A DNA stretch of 62,734 nucleotides, counting the filler, from Choristocarpus tenellus KU-1152 (Eukaryota; Protista; Phaeophyceae), in the NCBI GenBank assembly GCA_964200185.2. It is 13 parts of 13 records of this genome, joined end to end, with 100 filler letters (N's around TTAATTAATTAA, not from the genome) between each part and the next. Parts side by side here need not be neighbours in the genome. Positions count along the whole stretch, not along the records: positions 1 to 3,903 come from CAXNAD020017230.1; positions 4,004 to 7,432 come from CAXNAD020020089.1; positions 7,533 to 11,998 come from CAXNAD020014417.1; positions 12,099 to 18,104 come from CAXNAD020009187.1; 9 more parts are not named here. The stretch is one strand, 5' to 3'. Positions 1-13,331 of the stretch are shown here, piece after piece (position 1 is the stretch's first letter; every line of letters starts with the position of its first letter). The notes below the pieces were generated by a model. It was given only the letters and a program-made list of their open reading frames with translations. It made no database searches and had not been told where the DNA came from. The position numbers and the translations under genes were made by a program.

Positions 1-214
1 GTAGGTACCTGTACATAATGTAGGAGTGTGAAATGGTGTATGATACTGTGTTGTAATATATAACTGTACACAATGTAGAAGTGTGAAATGGTGTATGATA
101 GTGTGTTGTAGTAGGTACCTGTACACAATGTAGAAGTGTGAAATGGTATATGATAGTGTGTTGTATTAGGTACCTGTACATAATGTAGAAGTGTGAAATG
201 GTATATGATAGTGT
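1..214. repeat. 55-bp tandem minisatellite, about 3.9 copies
   Basis: Unit gtaggtacctgtaca(t/c)aatgtag(g/a)agtgtgaaatggt(g/a)tatgata(c/g)tgtgttgta restarts at 1, 56, 111 and 166. Confidence 0.9.
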
Positions 215-1236
215 CGAGGGAGAGAAGAGATTTGGATTGAGTGCAATGATGTGATATTATTGTAATGTCAGAGTCTGCTCTGTGACGAAGGTGCATTGCA
301 GACTTGCAAATAATTATAATAATAATTATATCATTTTTCGTTTTTTTGTTCTGTTGGTTTGGACAGTCAATGGTACTGCTAGCAATGGCAGTTACAGTGC
401 TTCTCTAAACAGCCTTGATTTTTGAGATATGTAGAGCTCCATTTCTCAAACCTCTTGAGAAACGTATGTACATACACGCACATATATATGCATATATGTC
501 ATTCTTTGTTTTAGCAATAATATTAGACAGCATGACGCAGGAACACATTTATCCTCTTTTAAGTCTGCTCTTACATCCACTTTTTTTGAAAACTAACTGG
601 ACCCATACACGCGCTAATTCTATGTGGGTTTATTTACTCACATAAAACTAACCTACGATCAATATCAAGTTTAACTTGCCTTCTACCTTTTTCAAATAAT
701 AACCTATGACAGTGCCATGTGTCTCGTATGATATGGATTGAAGATGTAAACTTGATGAGTTTCTGGTTGTGTGTGGTTAGGGCTAGGGTTATTTGATCTC
801 TGTTACTGTGGGAGTAGCTCTAATTGATTGAAGATGTGTGGGCTGTTCACTGGGTCGGTCAAGGAGTTGATGCGGCCATTGGGTGTAATGCAGTCAGCAG
901 GGTGACCTTGATGAAGTCTGTGACAGATATGGACTGGTCCGTTTGGGAAAATTTCGATGCGTTTGAGACTGTTACTGGGTCATCTCTTGTTGTTGCAGGT
1001 GGCAACGATGTGAGTCAGTCAACCTTCACTTCGCACTCAGAAATTGACTGCAAGTAACTGAGTTGTGTTGTAGTAATTTCACTGAAAGGGTGCCTATAAC
1101 TACGCCACAACTATACTGTAATCACGCCTTTGCATGCAGTGGTGTAATGTATATCCCATGTGGTATATACTTGGAAGGACGTTAAAATGTTCTTTTAAAA
1201 AAAAATCTCCTTTTCTTCTTATTTTGGTTCCATCAG

Positions 1237-1664
1237 GGAGGAGGGATGCCCCTTGACAACAATGTAGATGTAGGACTGCAGCAGCAGGCTGGAATGGTTT
1301 CTAGCAACAGCCTTCTGACAATGTTGCAGGTAAGTTGATGTAGTGACTCTTGTTGTGCTATTATTATTTTATTTTTTGATTAAATTGAGTACGCTGTTGT
1401 TGTTGGGTTTTTTTTTGGGGGGGGGGTGTTTGATGGACTGTCCATATTTTAAATGTCTTTGGACCTTCGGCTTGATCCTGGGGCCACTTTGCCAGTATTT
1501 TGTGAAGAGTATGTTGAGTTGGTTGTTGAAATAGCTGTTGGGTGTGCCTCTCTCTCTCTACAGATTGTGTGTGTTGGTTAGGGAATGTTTCATAGACTGC
1601 AAGGTAAAGGACTATACTGTTACAAGTATAGTATAGTGTATGTGAACAGGAAGGAGACTGGAAG

Positions 1665-1725
<61 letters not shown>

Positions 1726-3334
1726 TTCTTCTTCTCTTTTTCTCCCCCTTTTTTGTTTTTTTCGTTTTTCTTTTTTGTTGTTGTTTTCTNNNNNNNNNNG
1801 ACTTCATTTTTGCACATATAGGATAATTTTTGTTAACAGGAAGGAGCCTTGAACCCCCCCCCCCCCCCCACCCCCCCACCCTCCTACTCACTCTTCCATG
1901 TTTCCAACCTTTTGGTTCATGTGTTGGGCCTTAAGCTAGTGGGTTTGGCTCATACTGTGAGTGGTCATTGTATTACCCATAGCCCATGTCGCACCAATGT
2001 ACTGTAATGTTAGAGCTAATACATACACACATACATACTATGTACATACAAGAAGGCATGACTTTGTAGTGGTGATGTTCAAATTTCAAATTCAATTTAC
2101 CACTAAAGTATTTTACTTGAACACGTCCATGAACACTCAATGACTTGAATTCTTGATCCATTCCTCATGGCATGTCTGGATACACACACTCGTGCGTGTT
2201 GGTACTTTTTTCTCTGCAGGCGGGACCTGCTGGTACTGGTTCACCTCTTGCTGGTACTGGTTCCATGGGACTGCCTTCTGGTCCTGGGTTGGGGATGAGG
2301 ACCAGAGCAATGCAGGCTGGCCCAGGGGTGAGAAGGAGAAGGGAAGAGGAGGTTGAGGATTGTAATAATAGCAGCAAGGATTGCAGGGCAAATACATCCT
2401 GTTGAATGTAGTTAGGACACAGTATTTATTACATCAGTGTAGTCTGTGTATTGTAGAGTAGAATGTGTCCCTTCCAACCCCTCAAGTGCTTCTCATGTTT
2501 ATTTTTCGGGTCGTAGTAATGCACTCGTGTACTTGGTGTCTTTGGGTGCTTCACAAGTTGTGATTGATTGTGAGCCCTTTGGAGAATCGTGTGCTGATTT
2601 TCTCATTGCGGTGACCCTTTTTTTTTCTGGGAGATTGTCTTTGACTATACTTGACTATACCTTGCTTGCTTGCTTGAGTTTTTTTACTTGCCAGACTTTT
2701 CCACCTCTGTTTTGTTGTAATGTGTTTTGATCATGGTTGCTTGCACATGTTACGTCATTAGTACCTGACCCATTTGTGATACCTATCATAAAGTACTGGG
2801 TAGTACAACAATAAAGATATTTTCTAGTTTATTAAAAGGAGATGTTTACCTTCAACCACAGATCTGTTCGTTGGTGCCCACCACAACCCCAATGCCTTGC
2901 AAATTCTGCCTCTTCTTTGAGACAAGATATGCCCATGGAACCTCAAAGCTCCCTGCACCTTCTTGTTAATATTCTGTACCCCTTACCTGTCTCCCCACCC
3001 CCCCCCCCCCCCCCCCCCCCCCCCGCCCATCACTTGTGGTCCCTGATCCTTCCCTGAGTCTCAACTCATCCTGAATACCATGCCAAGTCTCAGAATGCGT
3101 ATTATGGTCTTGCCGAATGTACCTCATGTTGTCAAAGTGCTTTAATGTCACAAGTAAACATCCCTGAATACTGCCCTCCAAATCTTAGAATGTGTGTGTG
3201 ATGGCCATACCAACTGTACCTCTTGTTGTCAAGGTGCTTTTGTGTCACTACTGCGGGAATATGGATCTGACTCTGTTCCAGGCGGAGGGGGATGGTTATG
3301 CTCGCTGTGTTGCGTACTACCCCAACGGGACCAG
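1237..3334 (+). CDS. Hypothetical protein fragment, three putative exons (1237-1329, 2220-2327, 3282-3334)
   Basis: Phase-compatible AG/GT-bounded segments read GGGMPLDNNVDVGLQQQAGMVSSNSLLTMLQ / AGPAGTGSPLAGTGSMGLPSGPGLGMRTRAMQAGPG / AEGDGYARCVAYYPNGT. No recognisable domain. Confidence 0.4.
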
Positions 3335-3852
3335 GTACATCACAAAAAAAAGAAGTACTGAACTTGATGGATAGTACCCCCCTGTCCTCCCACGTTCCCC
3401 CCTCAGTCTATGGGGCTAATGCGTTGTTTCACGTTGACTGTTGAGATATTTAAAGGAAATACAGTAGGGTGCAGTACGGAGGGTCTTACAACTACACTTG
3501 CTTTTGACATATGTATGTGTGAGATTTCATTTTTTTTTTTTTGAGAAGAGGTAATATTTGAAATGTAAGAAATGAAAATATATATATATATATTAACTTT
3601 TATTGTCCTTAGGGTTAGGGTTTTAGGTTTTTTTGGTGTTGTGTGTTGATTTTTGGGTTGGAAGGACTGGTTTGAAGTTGGGGTGTGCTCGATTGAGTGT
3701 TTACTGTTTTGTTTTGGTTTTGAGAGGCGTACATTTTGGTTGGGTTGCTAGGGGGTACTGGTCGGATTGTTTTGTTTTATTGTGTTACGACCAAGTTGCA
3801 CAATATGGTCACTTGTCTTAAAAAAAATTTAACCCTAACCTCACAGTGATAA

Positions 3853-3903
3853 GGGTCAAAGTATCTAGGGGGGGTGGGGGTGGTTTGTGAGGGGGCGTCT
3901 GTT
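3853..3903 (+). mobile_element. MITE family B, left end truncated by contig end
   Basis: gggtcaaagtatct...ggtggtttgtgagggggcgtc matches the 5' part of the copies at 29092 and 34193. Confidence 0.8.
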
Positions 3904-4003
3904 NNNNNNNNNNNNNNNNNNNNNNNNNNNNNNNNNNNNNNNNNNNNTTAATTAATTAANNNNNNNNNNNNNNNNNNNNNNNNNNNNNNNNNNNNNNNNN
4001 NNN
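3904..4003. other. Artificial contig linker; identical linkers at 7433-7532, 11999-12098, 18105-18204, 21329-21428, 24280-24379, 27770-27869, 31617-31716, 38478-38577, 45143-45242, 51648-51747, 59063-59162
   Basis: 100-bp blocks of N flanking TTAATTAATTAA, which gives stops in all six frames. Confidence 0.98.
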
Positions 4004-5885
4004 ATAAAGGTTGAGGTGGGGGGGGGGGGGGGGTGGGGGCGGGGGCTCCATTGTTTATGAAAACCATCTAACAACAGCATCACTTCCACCCCAACTAAAC
4101 ACTGTTGCCACTCTACAACATGCAGTGAATAGCAACAAAGATTTGAACCCTGACCCTAATCCATTGTATGTGGAACTCCCACAAAATATAGAACCATCCT
4201 CCTATATGAGTTTTCCTACCAAAACTATGTCTCAGTGAGGATGTATTTTGTGAGTATGGACGAGCGATAAATAGTTTGTGATATATCGAGAAAGAAACTC
4301 GGTAACATAAACCTCGTTGTTCTATTTAGTGGAATGGAGGCCTGTGATTGGTGAAATCCATGTCCATGCTTTCCTCCTACAATATGTCTCCTTGGTGAAT
4401 CTTCTAGCTCATTCAAGTGACAAAGCATGCAAGACCATGTATTGGACCTTTGTATATGGAAAAAAATGTGGGATCATGCTGTTCTCTCTCATTGTACTCA
4501 ACATATACTACCTGTATGTTATCCCTTTTCATGTACCCCAAGATATTTTACTTCCAGACCTGAACAGGTGCTTCACAATTAGACAACCATCAAATCCTTG
4601 ATCGCTCATCCAACTCACAAAGAAATATACATGGCCTACTTGTCACACCTACACAACAATACTCTCCTAGCTATGTGAATGAAACACATTATGTGTTATC
4701 ATTTCGTTGAGGGGCTTTGTCAACAGTATTTCTGCAATCGCCACCAAGCATTCATTCTACCCCCACCCAAATATATCTTCTCCCTTCCATCACATGAAGT
4801 ACAGCAGAGTGAGTGGTACAAACAATGACATGAACTTGGTCACTTGATAGAGAAGACTTGACCTCAAGTATGATTGACTCAGATTTTGTTGCTGTTGGGG
4901 TCTTGCACGGTCTCTTGGTGTATATTGAGAGTGACTCATACTATCTACACACCATACAGGTATGATCCACATGTCATGTGCTTGGGAGAGTATTCACCAC
5001 AGTATTTCGTGCTCATACAGAGTCGATCCACTATGGTAGAGGACTGCATAAATCGAGTCAGGTTGTATCATTCAGCACTCATCTTGAGGTTGGTCTATTG
5101 GTAGTACCACAGTGTTATCTGACTGCTGTCCTTGTTTTTCATTGAGCAAAACCCCCATGCTCATTTACAAACGTGACTAACACCATCCAGACTGAAACAG
5201 GAGCTGCACTAGATTGACATCCGGGAATACCCTCTCTACTCTACCTGCTAACCAACTTCCACAAGGAGCAAACTTTGTACGCAGGGTTGGCCTGGATCAC
5301 TACCACCTCAAGGAACGCACCGTCACAACAACTCTGACTCATCAATCTCCCGGTTTCAGTCTCCAGTTTACAAACTTCACACCCACACCCACTGATGGGG
5401 AGCTTGTCTCTAGAAATCGTCTACCACGAATAGTACTAGGTACTACAATACTTCAAGGTATGTGATGAGTATGTCTCTATTGAACATCCTTGTCTTCAAA
5501 CCATTCACTGATAGTGACTGCAATATCTGTAAGCTAGCTACCCTACATATTATATATATTGTACTCCCACAGTTTATCCAACATTTCAGCAGCAGTATTC
5601 ACCGCTCATTCTCCTACTCAATCAATTATAGTGTAGATTTGCCTAAGTTGGTGGTGTACTGTTGTTGGTTTATTGCTACTGGTGATGCCGTACACTTGCG
5701 ACCTTCCTCTACCCCAGGTGAGCTTGGAGGTCAAATGGTCCTGAACACCTTGCTCTTGCTTGATGTGTAAGGAACAGAGGAAGACCCACTCCACCTTGCT
5801 CGGGTCTAAGTTTGTACATGGAAAGAGAAGATTGCTCATGTAGCATGCTTTATGTCTGCATCTTGGACAGTACGTCTGGTACCAC

Positions 5886-7432
5886 TTAGGATGGGCAGGG
5901 TGGTACTCCTCTTTGGGACCTGAGGTGGTGCCAGGATGGTTGCAGGGAAGAAGATGATGTTGGGATGGATGTAGATGCTAGAGCTAACTGCAACCACACT
6001 CGCGATTCGATATCCTTGTCTGTCTTCTCGGTTTGTAGGATCTGCTGACATAGAGGAGGGAACAGTTGAGAGGGAGTATTAAGGATCTCAAGTTTGAAAG
6101 ACTATTCACCAGTGTGGCCAAGTGGTATGGAGTATGTTAAATATTGAACAGGAAGCATTTGCAAGTAGACAGTATGTAAACTATTGTAAGCACTGAATAT
6201 TGATCGGTTAGATGGGCATGCACTGGGCAGTAGTGCAGCTCTAAATTCAGAAGCAAGATGCTGTATCTAAGGGTAAGGGTAGGTGGCGTGGAGATGACAA
6301 GGGTTTGGCAAGAAGATATACATAGAGAGAAATGATAGATTTCACACATGCCACATTCCACATACCACATGCATGCATCCATCAAGAGAGCGCCAACCAA
6401 CCAGGTTCAATGGTAGCTTTCACACCTCATGTGATGCATCATCAAGTTGATGAAGTGCCCCCTCTGACAGATGAGAAGGTACTGATGTCCTTGAGGACAA
6501 AGGCTGCACTTGTGCAAGGGCGATGACACCCCACACTCTGAACTCGATCTCTGAGTCGACAGGGGCTGCGTGTCTTTGATGGTGCTGGAGAGAGGGGGCA
6601 TGAGAGGGAAATAATAAATATGTAAAAGAAGGTAGGGGGTTCTGTCGATGTGTTTTGTTTGCCAAAGTGTAATACAAGTTGTGGACCCAGGTCTGACCTC
6701 AAAGGCTAAGCCCTGTAGAATCAGTACAACTGGTGCTGGTAGCCAGACCTCTTTTGTGGAAGGTAGGCAGTGAGTGATGTCATTACTCATGACAAATCCA
6801 CAACAATGCACTTGAGGGAGAGGAATGGAATCTTCTATTCAGTACTTGGGGAAGGCATGATTTCAATCTACACACCATAACAGTTTCATGGTCAAGGTGT
6901 GACCGAATCCTCATTAAGAGTGAGAGCATGAGAGCAGAGTGAAGAAGTCATGTTCGAACATTTTGCTCAGTTGTATGTAGATTGTTTGGCCTACCTTAAT
7001 TGCACGCTTTGAACTCCTGCGCCTCATGAGTCCAAGAACGTATGCCGTCACAGTAAGAACGACCACGATAACCGTAGATGCTGCGGTGATGTCAACACTT
7101 CTTCCTGCCACCTCTCTCCAACTGCACGGTTGGTGTTTTGGGCAGAGGAGAGATTGCGGTGCTGGAATGTGGACGAACCTGGTGAGCTCCGACACTGACT
7201 TCTCGATATAAGACCTGTGGGGGAGTGAAATGTTGTCGGAAAATGTTTGGTAAGTGTCTTGTCAATGGTATGATATGATTTCCGACCTGTAAGGGTGGAC
7301 GGAGTCAGGTGAGTTGTTGGATTTTCTCACCTCTTCTGGTCGAATTGGTCTTTCCATATCTCGAGTCGAGATGGCGGCTTGATGGGTTTTGTTGGGTGTA
7401 GGCGGAGGAAGCTCTTGAGCTGCTTAGCCTTG
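5886..7432 (-). CDS. Hypothetical single-pass membrane protein, 3' exons (7432-7331, 7214-6995, 6584-6426, 6044-5886)
   Basis: GT/AG phase-compatible exons give ...KDQFDQKR/SYIEKS...ITAASTVIVVVLTVTAYVLGLMRRRSSKRAIK (hydrophobic helix followed by a basic cluster), then two exons sharing a D-x-[ED]-I-E-x-R-V-W-xxx-ALA motif, and a stop. Confidence 0.45.
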
Positions 7433-7532
7433 NNNNNNNNNNNNNNNNNNNNNNNNNNNNNNNNNNNNNNNNNNNNTTAATTAATTAANNNNNNNNNNNN
7501 NNNNNNNNNNNNNNNNNNNNNNNNNNNNNNNN

Positions 7533-7548
7533 GGGCTGCCTGGGGGGG

Positions 7549-7591
<43 letters not shown>

Positions 7592-7709
7592 CGGTGACGC
7601 TGGTGGTGATGAAGCCCCTGCGGAAGAGGAGAAGGAGGAGGAAGAGGAGGAAGAGGTCGATATGGGCGGGGGCATGGACATGTTCGGTGGTGGCGATGCT
7701 GATTACTGA
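7533..7709 (+). CDS. 60S acidic ribosomal P protein (P0/P1/P2 family), C-terminal fragment
   Basis: Reads GGDAGGDEAPAEEEKEEEEEEEVDMGGGMDMFGGGDADY*: Ala/Gly hinge, acidic run and DM..MF tail. The paralog cannot be assigned from the tail alone. Confidence 0.85.
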
Positions 7710-8656
7710 TTACACAAGTTTTCATAGAGTCGTCTTAAAATTGCTTTAATATAGTAATTCTCATCGTGCACACTATGCTTGTTCTATGTTCCTTTTTCTC
7801 AACATGTTCATCACTCGTCTGGAGCACATATGCTGATAATCGAATTTGATACAGACTCCCCGAACAATTTTCGACTTGGATGTGCGGCAAATATCCGCAG
7901 TGTCCACGCCAGGACATAGTGCCAAGCACTACTGTTACATCTTGCCCTTGGGATAAAAGGTAACTAAAATCTGGAAGATCTTTGCAGTATACCAGAAACA
8001 AAAACAGGACTGATGCGCCCAACTGTTAGGGTGGATTTTGGCGTTCGTGAATTTTACCCTTGAAAATGATATGTTTTTGAGGTAGATTCCTCCTCTACAT
8101 ATAAATGGTTGGATCGAGCAGGGTTCACGACAACGGTAGCTACCGCAGTCTGGACCATTTCATAGAGAGGGGTATTTTTCAAAGTTGCGAAATGAGACAT
8201 GGTAAGGTGTTTGCCCTGCGCCGTACTTGTCAAAATGGCTTAGAACCAAGCCGTAAGCGGAATTGCAAGTAGTGCAAGATCAGAGCACTTCTTGACCTTA
8301 AAGAAATAAGATAAAACAATGAACAGCGTGCAGCACTGCTTTCAAGTTGACGAAAGTGAGGTGTTTTGCGTTCTCAAAAGAGGCATCTGTAATTATTTCA
8401 TTTCCTGTAAGGCACCTGGTTCTTGTGAGACCCTCACTACTCAAGTTGGTTGAACCATACAACCTCCAGGTGGGTGTCACTAGTAACCAAGGCGCAAGGT
8501 GACCATGGTGAGGCAAAAACCCCTTGCTTTTATCACCTTGGGTCACAACTAAAAAGCAACCCCTTTCTCCAGTCACTCAACTCAGTTAAAATCCATCTTA
8601 CTCAAGGAGCACCTTGATAAGAGAGTTATGCTGTAGTTGAAGCATCAGTCCTGCCA

Positions 8657-11600
8657 TCAGTAGTTCATATGAGTCTTGACTGATGAGGGGTCAACCTTCT
8701 GCTCCAAGTCCTTCCTCATCATGAATCCTGGTCCACTTGGTTTCTCATTGAGGGTGGTCTTTCCATGAGGGCCTGTAGGTATGAGCGGACAGCAAGGTTA
8801 CTACATAGAGTGTCTTCATTCTTGCAAATAATTCAAAAGTTAGGTAAATGAACAGATTTCGCAAAACTCAAAACATTCAAGCAAGAGCTAAACCATGACG
8901 TTGATTTGCTCTTGGGTGCATGTCATGTGACTCAAGAAATGAACCTGCTGTATTTCTGTTTCATGCACCAAGAATGTGTCGAGATCATTCTTGACATCAA
9001 ATGCAGTATGGGCAAGTCCCCTCACCAAATACTTCCAAGTTTTCAGATACGACCATACCACCAGGGCAACTGGGCCACCTTATTAATGCCCTGGGGGTAC
9101 AGTGGTATCTGAGTGCTGAAAAAATCAGAGGCTAAATTATTACCTGACTCACTGTGTGAGTGATCGCCACACTAACCCCTTGGCATGAAGGGAGGTACTT
9201 TTATCCTCTCACTGCTGAAGACTGTTGGGAGAGCTACCGGCTACTCTGCTGTTCAAACTTGAGCCCTCTAATTATTTCCAACCGTTAGATATAGCTGTCT
9301 CGCCATGGAAAAAATCACCTGCTTACATGGTACAGGTATATTTATAAGATTTGATACCCCTCTTAGAAGGCCTCTTTCTCCATTGCACTACAAGGAGTCC
9401 CAAGAGACACAATCACCCTGTACACTAAAAAAACTTTGCAGTTGAATGTTCAATAATGGCAGGTTATGTGCCTCTTCAAATGAATTTTTAAAATATACGA
9501 ATGACACATGCTTTGTCCACTACTAGACCTCTATTGACAGGGTATCGCATCGTATACACATAACTCTGGAGGAAAGAAAGAGAAAATAATATATAGTTCA
9601 AACCTGTACCAGACACTGTTTTGGTAACAGTATTAGAATGACATGGCAACATTATAAGAATCAAGCCACAGGAAGAGATTTTATAAGTCTGAGTGGTCGC
9701 ATCTGGGCTGAAACTGGAGGCACAGCGCAACTCTGCTGTTCAAACTCCCTCCAGTCCGTCTGTTGCCAATGATAGATCTCCCATGTACTTCACCAGAACA
9801 AGATAGATGCACCACGACAACATTGACTAGTTAGAGCTAGCTCTATCAAAAGCTGGTGTACACAATTTTCCAACCTTCTTCTGTGGGACGTAACTTGATA
9901 CCCATTACAATTGTGCACTACACGACCAATCAACAAAGGACTAGGCTCCATGGCTCCGCACATGAGCTGAGAAACTGTTAACCCTTTCAACTGTATCAAT
10001 ACTATTACCATATATTTTTGATAGTCGTGAAAAAGCATACATAATATGGGGGTGGTATCTGAACAGCATTGGTCCAATGCGGAACATTTTTGTCCCCAAA
10101 CAACACCCCTCAGTGAGGTGTTTAACAACCAACGGGCACACGCCCGGAGAAGCATGTAACAGTAGTACGATACCCTTGGTGCAAGCTCAGATCCTGAACA
10201 TACTTTCATCTGGCAACAGTTTCAAAACTGACCCACTCAGAAAGCCTGAGTGTGTAAGCAGTCCCCACCACCACCAGGACACCAGCACAGGTCGATGCAG
10301 CTAAGTCTGCAAAGCGCCCTATCGGTGTTGCATACGTCGATATCTAAACAGGGTCCAACTATATCTGAACTGCACCAGACCAACACGGTCTCCCATTCCC
10401 CCGAAATAGTACTGCTGCCGTTTGTTTGTATCTAGTTTTAGCCGAGACCTACCCCAAAAATCGCATCCTCTTGTATATTATGTTAGTGTTCCATGCGCAC
10501 CTGTGGGATCAGCACATGGTTGTCATCCGTGCTTCCCACAAAGTGGATAGCAATGCTGCGATCGAGTTCTCTGAGAAGCAGCAAAGCGCATCATCAATGC
10601 ACTTGTTCTACGTCGTGCGACAACATCCTAGTTGTCAAGGCATACGTGCGGCTGACAATCTCAGTGATTGGCGTAACAACTGCAGGCTGCTGCACGTGTC
10701 AAAACAGCTCAAAATTTTGGTGTCTCTAAACTGGCATCCAGAGCTCAGATGAAGTTGAGCTACTGAACATGTGCAAGGGCATAAATGTAGTATGTGGCAT
10801 ATATTACATGAGTTGTGTCAAGATGGTTACTATTAACAACAGTAAGATCACGCGGGGGTAGGGAAAAAAATAACAAAAAAACGATGTTCACACTAATAGA
10901 AACATCTACTTATCACACAAGGCTAACAGGATGCATTTTCCCCAGTCCCTCAATCACACAATTATTGATACCGGTGTCACTTGAAAAAGGCGCTGTAACC
11001 CTACTGAGGTACTTTGTAGTATGCAATATTACCAACACCCCCCCCAAACAGTGACCTGTTGTCCATTGTCTGTATAGCCTCATATACTGTTGTCATAAAC
11101 TTCTTTCTCCAATATACCTTCGGATAATAAATAAAAATCTCTGTCATGAAAAGTGCCAAGGAATCACCATGAATACTTTTTTTTATTGGAAGGTACACTA
11201 CGGTGTCAACACTGGCCAGCACCAGGTAGTAAAGGTTCTTATGACCACATTCTGGCCCTCTCTGAAACAATAGAGCCTATAGGGGTATCACTTACCCTCA
11301 CAGCTGACTTGTCCATTGAGAGGGAGGCTGCCCCACCTTCCCATTTCCGGGGCTTCACCCTTCTTGCAGGCTGTCAGTAGCTGCTTCATGGTGTTGCTTG
11401 TGAGGCTTTCGTAGTAATCATCATTAATCTGACACCACAATCAAGGATAATAGGATTAAAAAATATCTATATATACTTTGTTACCATAAGTGCTATTGCT
11501 GGACAGGATCATGTGGAAAGTTGGGAGTTGTCAAGGCATGCATGAGAGAGAGGCACAGATACACCATCAAGGTTTTTGGAGGGATACGATATCTGGGACT

Positions 11601-11924
11601 TCAAAATAAGGACCATGAACAGAGAGTTCTGCTGCTAAGAATACTGCGAACAGGAGTAAAGAAATCATAGCCACCCTGGAAGCATACTACACATTAAATT
11701 GTCTCAAGGAAATCTGTACATCTTCAAAACTTGGGCCCATGTTTTGAGTGCACCTACCACAATCTTACAATGGCAGTACTCATGACATTTGCTCTAGTTT
11801 TTATAGATGTACAAGTATGCTGGTTGCATACTGAGTTGACTCTGTACCTGGACCATGGGTGCATTTGCACAGGCTCCCAGGCATTCCACTTCAAGGAGGG
11901 TAAACATGCCGTCTGGGGTCGTGT
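8657..11924 (-). CDS. NDUFV2: NADH:ubiquinone oxidoreductase 24-kDa subunit, last three exons (11924-11848, 11428-11296, 8772-8657)
   Basis: Spliced: [26 protein letters not shown] / [45 protein letters not shown] / [37 protein letters not shown]. Contains the 2Fe-2S ECLGACxNAP motif, with canonical GT-AG introns. Confidence 0.95.
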
Positions 11925-12292
11925 CTGGGGATGGGGGGGGGGGGGGGGAGGAAGGGTGGGGGGGCCCCCCGCTGAAAGGGGGGGGAAGGGGGGGGGAANN
12001 NNNNNNNNNNNNNNNNNNNNNNNNNNNNNNNNNNNNNNNNNNTTAATTAATTAANNNNNNNNNNNNNNNNNNNNNNNNNNNNNNNNNNNNNNNNNNNNCT
12101 GTCCCTGACATTGCCCCCCCCCCAGTGTGGAGACTATCCTATATGAACACAAAATTGGCTGGCCAGCATTTCATGTCGGACAGGTCCATCTCTGGGAGGG
12201 GGAAAAAAAAATGAAACATCCTGGTTGTATCAACTCAGGGTAGAAAAATAAAAGGTGGAGCACTACTGGTGATCAGCCCTAGGTCGAATTCT

Positions 12293-13185
12293 AGTCCAAG
12301 TGCAATCTGTGTTAACGGATGGAAAGCATAGTGAGAAAAATGGCATGAACCTGCCTGTCTCCTACGTGCCTCCCGGGGATCCGAGTAAATGAAGCTCAGT
12401 ATCACCACAGTTTTGGTACATCAAGTCATCTATTGGGGAGTGTTGTGGGTATAGTGTCAAGGATGGGTCAAACTCATCATCCCTTACTATCACGTCTTGT
12501 TCAACAACTTGCCTCCAAGATGCTTGGATAACCAGAAAAGATGGACTTTAAATGTTTGTTATATGCGCATTTGTTAAAATAAGTAAAATATTATACCTGT
12601 GGTAAATAATATTTTTAAATATAAAATATATGCATGCTTCTCACAGGTGGAATCACTCTGTGTTAATGTCTCCGGATAAGAGCAATCTTTCTACTCCACG
12701 ATTCTAAAGTCGTCTAATAGATCAACTCTAAATATGATCTCAGTCCAAGTGAACTCTGTGTTAACGGGTGTAAAGTCCAGTGAGAAAAAATGGTGTGGAC
12801 CTGCTCATCTCCTACGTGACTCCCGCGGTCTGAGTGGATGAAGCTCAGTATCCCACAGCTCTGGTACATCATGTCATCTATTGGGGAGTGTTGTGGGAAT
12901 AGTGTCAAGGGTGGCTGGATGACTCATTATCCCTTACAATCACCTCTTCTTCAACAACTTGCCTCCAAGGTGCTTGGACAACCAGTAAGTTGGACTATTA
13001 ATTTTTATTATATGTGCACAGTTTGTTTACAGATAATGAAGTAAAATATTATACCTGAGGTAAATAATATTTTGAAAGGTATGCATGCTTCTCACAGATA
13101 GGACTAACCTGTGTTTGTTTCCGGATGAGAGCAGTCTTTCTACTTTGCGAGACTCAAGTCGCTAACTAGATCAGTTCTGAAAATA
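12293..13185. repeat. Diverged tandem duplication of about 450 bp in the 3' non-coding region of the Gypsy element
   Basis: agtccaagtg...tctgtgttaacgg at 12293 and 12742, with shared blocks gaagctcagtatc, gtcatctattggggagtgttgtggg, caacaacttgcctccaag and atgcatgcttctcacag. Confidence 0.9.
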
Positions 13186-13331
13186 TCACCCGGACTGAGC
13201 CTAGGTATGGTCTTCAAGAATTTATCGGCGTCGCTTCTACCATCTTGGTAGTGAAAAAGAAACATCTTCTCTATCTGTGGAATCTGGTGGCAACTCACCA
13301 GGCCGGCAACCCACTAGAATCGAGAAATTCA

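Noticed and set aside
1-214. 55-bp repeats as a possible CRISPR array
   Set aside because: Units are head-to-tail with no unique spacers, the context is eukaryotic, and there are no cas genes.
1665-1880. Poly-Pro/poly-Gly ORFs from long C or G runs (also near 3000, 7545, 11935, 21260, 29250-29410)
   Set aside because: Homopolymers, mostly next to gaps, typical of sequencing or assembly artefacts. The translations are low-complexity noise.
4200-5800. Possible retroelement remnant (LLTKPL, ILSQAHD fragments)
   Set aside because: Isolated short matches that suggest different element classes, with no coherent domain order.
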